This document shows positions 38,201 through 51,198 of a DNA stretch of 64,000 nucleotides, one piece after another. The DNA lies in NCBI GenBank assembly GCA_013239625.1, contig MU053881.1, positions 4,733,957 to 4,797,956 on the forward strand, given 5' to 3'. The stretch comes from Lama guanicoe (Eukaryota). Every line of letters begins with the position of its first letter. The stretch's first letter is position 1. Under the pieces are notes generated by a model. That model saw nothing but the letters and a program-made list of their open reading frames with translations. It did no database searches and was not told the origin of the DNA. The position numbers were made by a program, and so were the translations under genes.

Positions 38201-39461
38201 CACTCCTTCTCACTCTCAGATCCCCTGTTTCCAGGGACAAAAATGTCGCCTCCCGTCAGAGGAGCAGTGCCGGGCTGACCGCAGTTTACGGCCAAGAGGA
38301 AAGAGGCATTTTGTCTCCTCGAAGCGGAACCTCCCAAAGATAATTTGAGGCCAGAAAATAAAAGTCTGCCCTAGCTGGAACCAAGCCAGGGTTTTCAATT
38401 TTTTTTTTTTCCTAACTGCCCTTTGCCACAATGAAGGGCAACGAATTGCATCTGGGTGACAGCAAAGGGACCCTGTTGACACAGCCCAACTTTAATTTTG
38501 TGAAGTTAATAATTAGGCTGTCATCCCTCTGCTCCAGAGCAATTAGTGGCCTGCAGAGGGGATGAATGGGCCCTATTATCAAGCAGAATTATAAATAGAA
38601 GAAGGCGCGGGGTGGCTGGGAGCTCTGCACAGCATCACCCCTGCCCTCTCGCACGCACCAGAGTCCCCACCAGCCTGACTGTGATCACTTGCCTCCAGCT
38701 GACAGCTTGAATCCCAGCTGCCATCTGACAGGGCTCTAAATTCTGCCTCTGTCATCTGAGCCTGACTTTTTATGCTGTCCAGAGCCGGGCCAGGCAGCCC
38801 AGCTGAGCCGCACGAGAGCCGGAGTGAGATAAACACCTTTGTTTCAGTGGCCTCCCGACTCCAGGGTCTGAAGGTGTCTGGTGCTGAGCAGAAGAAACTG
38901 GGCTCAGCCTGACAGGCCAGGGTGTTAGGGACACTGAGTGACAGCCAGCCCAGTGACTCCCCAGGTCAGTGCGTGGCAGCCCCCAAAAGCACAGTCAGGG
39001 AGGGAAGCGTCCCCAGGGTGGCACTGGGACCCTTTTCTCTGCTTGTCGTGCTTCTGCCAGCATCTCAGACAAGTTCAGAACCCTCTCTGCAAACTCTCCT
39101 CTGAGATCAGATTGACAGAGAGTTTGGTAATTCAAGAAGGAAAAGCATTTGCTGCTGTGAGGGGAAAGCAGCAGTTAAAAAATGCAAATACCTGTAGCCA
39201 GCAAACAATTAGAATAATAATTAACACTTATATAACGTTTTCGATGCCCCAGATACTTTTTATATCTATTAATTCACTTAAGCTTTCCCCAACACCCCTA
39301 TGAGACGGGTAGTGTTACTGCTCCCATTTCACAGGTGTGTAAACTAAGGCAGCAAACAGTTTCGCTAACTTGTCCAAGTCACGTGGCCAGGAGGTAAAAT
39401 TCAAACCCACTCTGGCTCAAGTCCATGCTCTTAACTATTATTTCTATGGCTTCTACTTTAG

Positions 39462-39730
39462 TCAATGAGTGAAGCGGGCCAGGGGTAGGAGACAGAAAGG
39501 AGTGGTGGGCACTGCGGTGCCCTGGAAACTGCACACCCAGACTAGAGGAAGCGGCGGCCAGCTGATGGGTTGCCTGACAGCGATGAGGACACTGATTTTT
39601 TCAAGAGAAGTGGGAAATCTAAATTTAACATGAAATTTTATTTTCAAATTTTGGCAACTAACTCAAGGCTTTTAAAAACACTGTGCAGACCCAACAAAGC
39701 ACCTCTTTGAGCCACTGCTTTGCAATTCTG
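39462..39730. mobile_element. hAT-Charlie MER102-like element
   Basis: GATTTTTTCAAGAGAAG..GGAAATCT...TTGGCAACTAACTCAA..TTTTAAAAACACTGTGCAGACCCAACAAAGCAC. Confidence 0.55.
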
Positions 39731-40451
39731 ACGGCCAGCAGTGCTCCTGGCTCGCTGGCGCCACCTCTGGCCTCACGGGGACTCAGTCTGAGTCAAATGG
39801 AGCCTCATCTCTCTGCCAGGTGTCTTTCCACGGAGAGAACTTGAAAGACAGAGACAGAGAGAGAGAAAAAACAATACACAGTCCAAAGCTGGGTACTACC
39901 AATAGCTGTGTGACTTTGGACAAGTCACTTACCCACTCTGGTCCCTGATTTTCTCATTTGTTAAACAGCGATGAGAGTTCCTCTGTCACAAGGTCACTGG
40001 GGGCCTGGATGAAAACAATGCAGGAACCGAGCTTGACAGACTACATAAGTCACCCCCCAGAAGCGGGAGCCTCCTCACACACGTGGTCTTGGCCTGTGGT
40101 CGACCAGGACAGGAAGAAAGGAAGGAGCCTCAATCCCGTGCAGCCAACTGCCCAGCTCACCGCAGCCGCCCCCGCCTCCTGCCTTTCTATTCAACACAGC
40201 CTGTGATGTCAGGACAAACCACCCCAAGTCCCTGCCAACCTCGCCTCCACACCTCCCAGGATGGAGCCTCCCTGCCTGCCTGGACCAGCACAGATTGCAG
40301 GCCAGCCTCTCATATGACACAGATGTTCAAAATTAGAGAAAAATACTAAAAACAGAGAAAATGCGCCCCCGCCTGCCACCTCCCTGTAAATCATTTGGTG
40401 TCTATTCAACTAATTATTTCTACACATAGAAATAGAAATTATGTACAGTTT

Positions 40452-40995
40452 GTTTTTGTTTTTATTGAAGTAGAGTTGATTTCCAATGTTGTGTTTCTGG
40501 TGTACAGCATAGTGATTCAGTCATACACATATACATATACACATATTCTTTTTCAGATTCTTTTTCATTGTAAGTTATTACAAGATATTGAATACAGTTC
40601 CCTGTGCTACACTGTAGGACCTTGCTTCAGTGTGTATTTTATGAAATGGGAACCAGATATACATTGAAGTTTTCTTTTTTTTCCTCTTCATGAAAGTATA
40701 TTTTTTCAGGTTATATAAAATTTATTATTAAAGTATATTCTACCTGCTACTTTTTACTCTTTAAATGTAAGATACTACAACATTTTTTTAATTGAAGTAC
40801 AGTCAGTTATAATGTGTCAATTTCTGGTGTACAGCACAATGTCTCAGTCATGCATATATACATATATTCATTTTCATATTCTTTTTCATTAAAGGTTATT
40901 ACAAGATATTGAATATGGTTCCCTGTGCTGTACAAAAGAAATTTGTTTTTTATCTATTTATATATATATATATACAGTGGTTAACATTTGCAAAT
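40452..40995 (-). mobile_element. Two L1 3'-terminal fragments of artiodactyl type (~40452-40640 and ~40783-40995)
   Basis: Both read TTTT(A)ATTGAAGTA...TTTCTGGTGTACAGCA...TTATTACAAGATATTGAATA..GTTCCCTGTGCT. Confidence 0.75.
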
Positions 40996-42289
40996 TGATT
41001 TACTCCACCCTGGACATCTTTCCATGGCAGCATATGTTACTGTATTCTTATGAATGGTGCCACAGGGTTTCATTATTTTTTAAACTAGTCCCCTGAACAT
41101 GGATGTTGCTTCCAATTTCTTTGCTGACAGAAGCAGAGCCACTGAGAGCATCCTTGTATTTATAATTCTGGGCACTCAGAGAAGGGGGGGAATGTTCATA
41201 TTTGGCTAATTCTTAGATTTGGGAATACTGAGTCAGAATGGCTGGTGGAATTAGGATCCTTTCATTTTCTTTGATTTATTCGAGCTGTCTTAATTATTTT
41301 AATGTACTTGCTAGTGAAGAAACCTCACAAGGGAATTATAAATGATTAAAAACATCTTAGTGATCCACTCAGATAGCATGACTTACCACAACAGGTGTGT
41401 GCAGTTACTTGGACTCAGACTAAAATTCAGAGCTTGCACTCAGGGTTAACTTTTAAAGAAGACCCTTGGCGGTTTTCCCAAGTCCCCTGCAATCACTCTG
41501 GATGGAGCGGGACCACTGTGTCCTCCCTGATGGGGAGAGACACACAGGCCAACAACATGGAAGACCCAACTATGGGGAAGTAATTTGTACCTGGAGCTAA
41601 ACTCCAGGAGAGAATATGGCTGAGGACAAAACAGATATAAGAGAAAAGCAATGACTCAGGAGGCCTAGGCTGGAATATTGACAACTACATCCACCACCTG
41701 TACAGACTGGGTAAGTCATCTATCCTCTCTGACCCTCGGTCTCTTCCTCAAAAAATGGGTGTAGTAATCTGACTTCATAGGCACATGAAGAATCCAGCCC
41801 AGTGGCTGGCACATAACACGTGCTCAAAAAATCACTGGTTAAATCAGAATCCTGGAAATTCCCTCTGCAATCAACCTAACAAATTCTGTCTGGGTCCACA
41901 AGGGACTACTGGAGCGATGTTGCTGCCTGAATTTATCAATTGCTTGACTGACTAGGGCATCAAGAAATGGCTGTGACTGATTTTGACCTCAAAATAGGCT
42001 GACTGTTTCACTTCAGGAAATAGGATGTCTTTACAGGGCCCACCATCATTTGGGGGTGGTTGTGCACTGGCTAATGGGCTGAAGATATGAGTAAAACCAT
42101 GCATGATACTTTTGTAGAAGAAAGTAATTTTGCTTGTGCAGTCCTTCTTCCTGACATACCCTCCCATCTTCCCTCTAGCAATCCCAATCTTTCAAAGTCT
42201 GACTAAATAATTCTCTCTGCTTGAAGCCCACACCAGCCCACCCCTCACTTTACATTGCTTCAGCCCACAGACCTCCCGTTTGGACATAC

Positions 42290-42327
42290 CATGTGCATGC
42301 GCGCATACGCGCACACACACGCGCGCA
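42290..42327. repeat. 38-bp perfectly alternating purine-pyrimidine tract
   Basis: CATGTGCATGCGCGCATACGCGCACACACACGCGCGCA. Confidence 0.9.
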
Positions 42328-43081
42328 AATGCGTACACAATAGTCTTCCAATAGTCTGTGCTTGCTAAAACTCCCTGACTGCTTAATGTATCTATATCAG
42401 ATTTCCCTAAATAAAATGTAGGCTTACAGAAAATTAGGCAGTTTCTAATTCTCTGATCTACTACATACCATTTACTGAGTACATAGCTATGTACCAAGTG
42501 TTTCACCTACATTATTTTATTTAATCTTCCCAACAACGCCACATGATTTAAATGTCATTATGTTCAATTTACTGATGTGGAAACTAAAGTTCAGAGAAGT
42601 GTAGTAACTCACCCAAGGACACAGAGCTTAGCACTCAAGGCGTATAAGTTGGCACCCAATGAAAAATTTTTTGAACGATTGAAAGAATGGATGGATAGAT
42701 GGGTGGGTGGGTGGATGAACAGACAGCAAATCAGTGGTAGACGCAGGTTTACCTGACTCCAACAAGATCTTTCCATTTGAGCATAAGGGGGCTCCTACTT
42801 TTTAGCACCCAGAGTAGGCACAGGGCAGGTACCCAATCACTGTCAAACATTCCCCTAAATACACAGTAGTAGCTGAGCATCTTTGTTCCAGTTTCCATAG
42901 CTACAAAGCTGGGTGTTGGATTCAGCCACAGGCAAAGGTGAGCCATTAGGGTGAGGACCAAAGAGTCTCCTCCCTTCCTCCCAGTAAGAACGGGCTCACG
43001 GGCTGAGGTTCCATATGGAGGATTTGGCGGGGTTCCCGGCTTACGGGAACACACCTGGTTAGCAAGAGGCTCCCCATCACC

Positions 43082-43100
43082 TGGCCACAAGGGGGCAGCA
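43082..43100 (+). promoter_or_regulatory. CTCF motif TGGCCACAAGGGGGCAGCA
   Basis: Close match to the CTCF core CCASYAGRKGGCRS (one mismatch, A at the Y position). Confidence 0.6.
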
Positions 43101-43295
43101 GCTCAGCATCTAAAAGCGTCCTCCCACTCCAGGCCAGCAGGGCTGTCAGGAGGCTGCTGCTGGATAAGTGTGGTCCCACTAAGTACCCTCATCTGGCCCC
43201 TGGCTGCAAGTTCATTCCTGCATGGCGGTTGGGGGGGGGGACCACGGCTGGAAGTGCTTAAGAAAACGCTGGAACAACCAAAATCTCAGCACCCG

Positions 43296-43309
43296 CCGTT
43301 AGAGGGCAG
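43296..43309 (+). promoter_or_regulatory. Second CTCF-like motif CCGTTAGAGGGCAG
   Basis: Near match to the CTCF core (CCG variant, T at the S position); same orientation as the 43082 motif. Confidence 0.45.
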
Positions 43310-46300
43310 CTTAAAACAATCACGGCTTGTGCAAGCTCAGCCCTTATGAAGAACGTGGCCCCTGCTGATACAGGAAAGTCCCTGACACACATCAGATGAG
43401 AAAAAGCAAAGCGTTGAGCATCCACGCCGAGTGACCTCATCTGTGTACATTGTAAATACGTATACAACAGTACGTGTATTGATTGTCTGCTGCTCCAGGC
43501 AAAAGGAAATTCTTGAAGGAATCCCAAGCAGCTGTTTGAAGGCCCTGTTTGGAAGGGGCTTTTCCCTTTTTCTTTTCTGCCTTTCCGTGTCGTTTGAATT
43601 ACTTTTTTCGCGACTGGAATGTATTGTTTGTTTATTTAAATTAACAGGGGCTATCTGGAAACGGGTTTGTGGAGTTTTTTTGTTTGTTTGCTTGCTTGTT
43701 TGCTGTTCGTTTTTTACACTTTATTTTTTTTAACCTAATCAATACTGTTTATAAGGAGGCAGACGGCAGTTTAGGGCTTGCTGCTGGCCCTACCTCTGTA
43801 GCCCTACCTCCCACCCCAGGCAGGAGGCCCAGCTGACAGAGCCTGGCTGCACTGGTGCCCCCCTGCCCAGGGCAGGGGGGCAGGCTCAGCCTTGGAGCAC
43901 AGGGCCCGGGCACCCCGAGCCACAGGGAGGCTGGCACCATCTAGTTAACCGAGGCTGCCTTTGAGGAACCAGGACAGGTTCACCGGGTACTGAAGGCTTA
44001 GTGCTCCCACCCTGCGCCGACACAGAAGATGGGTGTCGCACTGGGGTCTGTGAAGCGGAGCTCTGGGAGAAGAGCAGGGCCGTGGAGTTGTGAAACAGCA
44101 GGGCCCAGGGATTTGCCGATCTGGGCTCGGCTCGGGTCGGTGCTGTCCTAACCGTTTCACCGGCACAGCGGCCTGGTGTAGTAAAACATGCAGGGCTTCA
44201 GAACCCGACAGACTTGGCTTTGAACCTGGCAGCTGGGTGACTTTGGGCAGATGACTTGACCTCTCTGGGCCTTAATTTCCTCCTTTGTCAAATAGCAGTT
44301 TTAAAATCATTGTTGTAAAAGTGAGCATTGATGTACATAAACCACCTACCAAAGAGGCTGCCGTATAGAAGACACTGGATTCATGGTGATCACCATCATC
44401 GTTACCTCCTTCTCCTAGAAAGAAAATCAACCAGAAAGTCTCCAGCCTGGTGACCGCCATCTGGTCCATGTCCGAACCAGATCTGTGTCTCATCAAGAAA
44501 GGGCAGGACGTTGCTCCTCTCTCAGCCCTACATCTAAAACCAGAGCCTCCCATCCAAGGTGCAGGCCCGCTTCCCGCCCCTGCAGTTCCTGCGTATCTCA
44601 CTTGAAGGCAACATTGAGCTTCGGATTTCAACCTGCCCAGGCGCACTCACCCTCCTCAGTTCTCCAGCCTCCACCGCCAAACCACAGACTAACAGGACCA
44701 GGCTGCTCATAACATGGAGAGGGCAGTTCCAAACACAAAGAAAATACATGCTATTTCCCACCACCAAGGAGAGCCATGTAATGTGCCAACCCTAAACCAG
44801 CTGAATATATAAAGGGGTTTCAGAAGCTAAGGAGCAAAAACAAGACAGGGGAGAGGGACCTATGCGCGCCTTGGCAGACTTATCTATGAATAATAAAAAA
44901 AAAATTGCAAGCAACATAATTGACTGTAATAGCTAAGCCGATTGCAGTATGCCCACTGGAATGAACATTTACAATTCTAATGATGGAAAACGCAGCAACT
45001 TGGGACAATTCCCTAAGCGGAAAGAAGAATGCACATTTTTTCCCTACGCTTTTCTTGCAGCCATCTAAAAATTAAATGTGCCTGTAGGAAAAAAGGAAAC
45101 AGGAATAAATAAAAACTGAATTGCAGAGGTAAGTGGACTAGAGGTTACTGTCCCACATATTCTGCATTCATGGTGTTTATTCCCTTTTCTTAATATTCAC
45201 GGGTGTTGCCGCAGCATAGCATGATCGAAAACACACAGTCTTGATGCTTCTGGCCCTCTGAGGTCACAGATCGTCCCCAGTACAGACATACCTGTGGGTT
45301 AAGGTGCAAATGGTCTTTAGAGCGTGGCTAAGAAACTGTTCTGCTGGTGGGAGGGGACAAGCACTGCTCTAGGAGTCATTAACACACAGCAGAAAATAAG
45401 AACGTGTAGGGTTATTAGGTTCTCTCTCTTTCCTATAGAAAAGCAGGATTTCAATGTGAGCGGAAGCGAATGGAAGGAGATACTATTCCATAATAATAAT
45501 CTCTAATTTGTGCAGACCTAGATTATCTACTGCTTGTGTCTCAATGATCATTTGCCATTTATTGAGCAAACTCCTTTCCCGTGTGTTAGATGCCAAGCAA
45601 TGCGCTGGGCACGCCATGCGTGTTATCCCCATGTGATGCACCCGACAACCTCGTGAGATGGTAGGATTTACTTTCCGCCTTTAATCGATGAAAAATGGGG
45701 GCTGCAAGAGGTCGCTTGCCTGAAGTTATGTGGCTTGTTGGTGGCCAGGGCAGGATTTGAACCCAGGTTTGTCTCCCTTCTCACAGCCTGTGCTTCACAC
45801 ACATGCACACACACACACTTGCACACACACAGCCAGAATTGCCCCAAAATGCAGACAGAGAGGCAGGGACCCATGGTGAGCAGGACCTGGGCTTGGCCTT
45901 AAGCACCAAGCAAGGGGCAAAAAGCTTCCCCAGAGCCCCTTGTCTTGGTCCTAATGATGACACAAATGACCTCTGTGTGCCAGCAGGATCCAGACACTTG
46001 CTGCTGGGTAGGATTGAACCAAAGCATCTGGCTGGCAGGAAGGCGGGGAGCATTTTCAGAAGATGCTCGTGGGTTCTGGTCTCCACCCTTTGCTTTTCTT
46101 CCACTCCCTCCCTCTGGTTTTCCTGCCACTTAGCATCAACGGGTGAGAGCACAGAGCCCACTAGCACAAAAGCCTGAGTGCCCACCTGTATGGGAAAGCT
46201 CCAGGGTCAAACAGCTCCACTCAAACCACACTTCCCCAGAACTCGGGTGAGCAGAGCCCGTGAAACCAGCATCAGCCAATCTGCAAATGTGCCGGAAAAA

Positions 46301-48479
46301 AAAGGATTTTTTTGTAAGACATAATTCGGGCTGGGTGGGGTGGGGTTAGCTCTCATCTGTACGCTCGAGTTCTCAAGAAGGATGCACTGGTACTGGGTCT
46401 ACTTCACAGACAAGAAACCCAGGACTGGGAAGAACTCTCCCAAGGCCATTTCGCTGGGAAACAGTGACGGACTCCAGAGTCTGGGAGGCTCCCTGGAGCC
46501 CGAGTTCTCAAGCCCTGCAGTATAACATCTTCCCCTGGGCCAGACCGTGTCGTTGGAAAACGGAACAAAAACTTCACAGCAACCTCTGCACCTCAGGCTC
46601 TTCATCTGTAAAATGGGCCAATACTAATAACAACACCTACCTCAGAGGGTTACTGTGAGAATTAAATAAGTTCATACATGTAAAGCGACACATGGTCTCA
46701 CTCAGTGGATGGTGGCTTGCTGTTTAACTGTTACTGAGATTACAGAGTCAAGACTTGGAAGGACCGAAGCGACCTGGTCCAACTTCCCTACAACAGCTTC
46801 CAATCTCCGCTTCAATGCGAATGGCCATCCTTGCTCCATGAGAACCTTGTTCTTTCAAGAAGACAGTCGTGATTAGAAATGTTTTCCTAATACATTTGGC
46901 TAAATCCAGCTGGCACGACATACACCCTCCCCAGGTCTATTTCTGCCCTGGATAAGAGACAGATTAAAGCCTCTCTCTCCCCCTCTCTCTTTCTCTCTCT
47001 CCCCCTCTCTCTCAACAATGCTTCCAAGCTGAGGAGGAACCCACTGCCCCCAGGCCCTCCGGAGTCCTCCCCACCCTGCCCCTCCAGGGCAGACCCCCTC
47101 ACCACTCAGCACCCTGGTCCCTACAAGCCCAGAACAGGATGCAGGCGTCCAGCTGGGACCTGCCACTTCCCTGACCCCGGCTAGTATTAATGCAAAAGTG
47201 ACTCCCCTTTTGTCTTACACGGACAGACTGTAAGGAGAAAAACCAGGGAAACGTAATACTGAAAATAAAAAGGACAGTGGTGTTTGGAGCACTTTGGGAT
47301 GTGACGAATCTCAGTTCATGACACTAGCCCGTTTCTCAGCCTCAACCCCGAACTCACTCCTGCTGACAGCTAATGCTTCCATGGAGGGAGGCCTTTGTCC
47401 TGGCTTCTGTTCTTGAGGCTTCTCTGCTGACTTCCCTCTTCTAGCCCACGCGGGCACTGACAATAAAGCAGGCAAACGAGTTCAGGTTCAAAACACATTG
47501 CTGTCCGCGGGGTCAGGTCCCCAGGCCGGCCCGGAGCCCTCCTCCACCCCGTTCTTCATTCGCTCCCGTGTCCACACTTCAGCCTCAGGAGGACCAGGCT
47601 CTGGGCCAGCTCCTTGCAGAAGCAGTTGGCCTTTTAAGCATCGTTATCTCCCAGAGGATGCACGGAGATGGGACCGCCCAGGGAGCCATCTCCTCGCCCA
47701 AGCAAGATTGCTGGGCAGCAGAAAGAACACAGTACAGCAGCGCTGTCTCATCTCTGATGAGGATTCTTTTGAATGGGCGGAAGTGTTCTGGAAAGTTAAA
47801 GCTTTATTCCCAGGTGGGCCAAGTGCTCCTCCCCGTGCGCTCTCCTCCTCTGCCTTCACCACCTCAGGACTGGGCTCTGCATTGCCATTGCCCCTCGACT
47901 TACCTAAATCTCTCCCTAATGTGCCAGTCCCTTGCAGGTAGCGATGCATCTCTCTTACTGTTCCCACTCCCCAGGACCCAGCACCACCGTGCCCAGAGTA
48001 GGTGATCAAGGGGTATTTGTTGAATGAATTGATTAAATGAAGGACCAGCATTTATCATCCTATCCACATCTTGTACATTAAATGAAGCTGCACAGACTAA
48101 TGAGAGGTGTGTCGGTGGACGTCCAGTTTCAAGATGGAGGAACAAAGATTTTCTTCTGAGAAATCACACAAGGACCAAAAGAAGAAATATACACAAACTG
48201 CATCTTCAGTGAAACAAGAGACATCTATAACCCAGTATAGGAAAACTCAGGTACACAGAGAACTGTAAATGACCCGGAGGACAGGAAGGAAGGCAAGCTC
48301 AGGTCTCTGCAGGGCTGGCAGGGGGGACCTACCATTTGTTCTACAGAACCCCCCCCCCACCTCAGAAGGCTCAAGAATAGGAAGCATCAAGTTCTCACAT
48401 TAGATCTGAACAGCGAATGAAAACAGAAAATCTTCGGGGAAAAGAAAAAAAAAGAAATCTTTGAAAAATCTCTTTCAAG

Positions 48480-48905
48480 ACTACACAGAGTCCATCAACT
48501 GATGCACAGATAAATGGGAAGTTGTACATCCATCCAATGGAATATTATTCAGCTTATTAAAAATGAAGTACCAATTCATGCTACCATATGGATGAAAACT
48601 TGAAGACATTGTGCTAAGTGAAAGAAGCCAGACACAAAAGGCTATGTATTGTATGATTCTATTTATATAAAATGCCCAGAACAGGCAGATGTACAGAGAC
48701 AGAGCGTACACTAGTGGGTGTGGGAGAGTGGAGTGGGGAGTGACTGCTAATGGGGTCAGGGCTTCCCCTTGGGCTGATGAAAATATTCTAGAATTAAATA
48801 GTGGTGATGGTTGTACAACCTTGTAAATATACTGAAAAAAAAACTGAATTGCACACTTTAAGGGATGAATTTTGTAGTAGGGGAAATTATATCTCAATTT
48901 TTTTC
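48480..48905 (+). mobile_element. L1M (L1MB-like) 3' end nested in the HAL1 remnant
   Basis: TCCATCAACTGATG..., GCTAAGTGAAAGAAGCCAGACACAAAAG, GATGAAAATATTCTAGAATTA..TAGTGGTGATGGTTGTACAAC. Confidence 0.8.
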
Positions 48906-50470
48906 AAAAAGAGAACACAGAACTTCCAGCCAGCTTTTTCTGATTTAAATATGAACTGATAGTGAAAGAGGCTGTTCTTTCTTACCACTTCAAGTGCTGC
49001 CCCCTCCCCAGTTTTGCAGGTGGGTGGGGAACAGCATATGCTCATTTTGAAATCAGACAACACAGACTCTAAAGCAGGACAAAAAAAAAAAATGAACTGA
49101 AAGGCCAGATTCTTGAAGAACATCTTGACCATGAAAGACAGAGACCAAAACATACAAAGACAAATTAAAGAAACTTGGAGCAGAGATAATGCAGGGCTCA
49201 GAAGGAAATTTTAAATAATTGTCATTAATACGCTCTGCATGATGAGAGAAGATACTGTTCCCATGAAGCAAGTGTAGCATATCACACAAAAGGAGAAGCC
49301 AAAGAACAAGAACTTCTTAGAATAAGTTTTTTTTATTTAATTATTGCTGAAATAAATAAACCTTTCAATAAAAAGATTAGGAGATTAAGTTGTGTGTCTC
49401 GCAGAAACACTCTCCCCCTCAATAAAAAGTCAAAGAGATGGCAAAAGGTAAGAAAAGATTAAAATGAAATTAGAGAATCAATTCAGGAAGCCTAACTTGA
49501 AAATCCAAATAATAAGTGTTCCAGAAAATGAGGACAGATAAAATGGTGAGAGGAAAATGATCATAAAAATAACATTTAGAATTTCACAAAAATGATAGGA
49601 CTAAGTCTCTGGATTTTAAAAGCCCTCAAAGTTCTCAGTGCAATGAATGAGATAACTCTACCAAGGAACATCATTCTGAAACTGCAGAACAGTAAGGATA
49701 AAGAAAAGATGCTGACAGCATCCACAGAGGAAAAACACCAAGGCACACGCAAACATATCAAGAAATGAAATGATAGCCATCTTCTCAACAGCTAGAGGAA
49801 AATGGAGAATGACTTCAAAAACCTTAGGAAAAATGAATTTCAACCGCTGTATCTGGCCAGACTATAAGTGAAAAGATTAAAATTAAGAACTTTAAGCATG
49901 AGAGAGCTGAAGAATTCACCTCTTGTACACCTTTTCTGAGAAAACTATTAAAGGACATTCTCCAAGGAAACAAGGAAGGCAAAGGCTCAAGGACGAGAAG
50001 AACCAACACATACACAAAGGCAAATAGACATCCCAGGAAGGAGGGAAGGGAAATGCCAGGGCTACCAACAGCTGTGCAGAAAGCTTAAAGAGCAGGAGGG
50101 AAGGCTCTGAGATAAACACTGAGCTGATGAATTACCTGATAGGTTTGACCATATAAGAAGTTACATGGAGAGGCTTACAGGTCTGTTGAAGAGCGGAGCA
50201 TGGCTGGCCAGATATTCAAAGAAAACTAAACAAACAAAAATATTGCACAAGAAAGGAAATTTAATTACAGTAGACTATCAGACACAATAATGAACACTGC
50301 TTACAAAGTCATAAAATGTAAATACTGAATAAGGTGTTTATAAAATATTTAGATAATTATATTGTAAGAAAGGAGAAAGAGAAGGAAGGTATAAGTCAGC
50401 TAAAATTTTCATCGGCCATGTTTGGAAGTCAAGCAATAATGGTCAAATTGATGAATCAAGAGACAGCTTA

Positions 50471-50580
50471 GGGGAGGGTATAGCTCAGTGGTAGAGTGCA
50501 CGCTTAGCACGCACAAGGTCCTGGGTTCAATCCCCAGTTCCTCCATTAATTACCTCCCCCACCAAAAGAAAAGAGAGAGA
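50471..50580 (+). mobile_element. Vic-1-like SINE inserted in the HAL1/L1 remnant
   Basis: A box, B box, TAATTACCTCCCCC 3' segment, A-rich tail; imperfect TSD GAGACAGCTTA / GGGATAGCTTA. Confidence 0.85.
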
Positions 50581-51198
50581 GGGATAGCTTAATACATATG
50601 CTATTTAGAAATATGGAAGTAAATGCCAGGATAAATAGCTAACTGGGCTGAAAGATGTTCTTTCTGGGAGAAGGGCTCAGCATTAGTCGAGCAGCCTGGG
50701 GAGACAGAGAGGGCAAGACAATTTTGACAAAAATTTTTTAATTATCTTAAGTGCACTAGTTTTGAACTCAAGACATGGTTTGATGTGGGTCTGCCATTTC
50801 CAGGCTGAATGACCTGGAGTGAGTTCTTTCCCTTCTCTGGCCTCAGTTTCTTCAGCGTCGGTAATTCCTACCTAGTACATAACAAGGGCACAATGTCTTC
50901 GTGGATAAATAAACGGGAGATCCCCTCTCTCACCTCCTGCTCCATCTGAATGTCACCTTGTTTCTTCTAGGAGGCAGGGACTGTGTCCTCTACTTCTTTT
51001 GTTACCCACCCACCCAGCACCCAGCATCCAGCAAAACATGTGAAAAGTCTATCCTCTGATAAAGCTGCCAAATTCAGTAATTGGCTATTATGAGTTACTG
51101 GTCACCCAAGAGAAGTATTTCACTGAGGGACAATTATTTAAAAAAATGGAGATAATACCATTATAATAATAACATTGCTACTCAGTAGTTGTTTGGGG

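Larger units (their letters stand above)
48110..50720 (+). mobile_element. Old HAL1 (half-L1)/L1M ORF1 remnant with nested insertions
   Basis: A-rich decayed ORF1-like sequence (AATAAGTGTTCCAGAAA..., GAATGACTTCAAAACC...GAATTTCAACC..., TTTCTGAGAAAACTATTAAAGGAC) and a HAL1-like GGGAAATGCCAGG..CAGCTGTGCAG segment; no open frame. Confidence 0.6.

Noticed and set aside
39752..39772. CTCF-like GCGCCACCTCTGG (similar weak matches at 4118, 21385, 31266, 31696)
   Set aside because: Only part of the core matches; not supportable without a PWM scan or ChIP data
49050..50000. Possible domesticated L1 ORF1-type gene
   Set aside because: No open frame on the sense strand in the ORF track; multiple stops and nested insertions indicate a fossil
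50471..50545. tRNA-like sequences with A and B boxes
   Set aside because: These are SINE heads (A-rich tails, TSDs, many diverged copies), not functional tRNA genes
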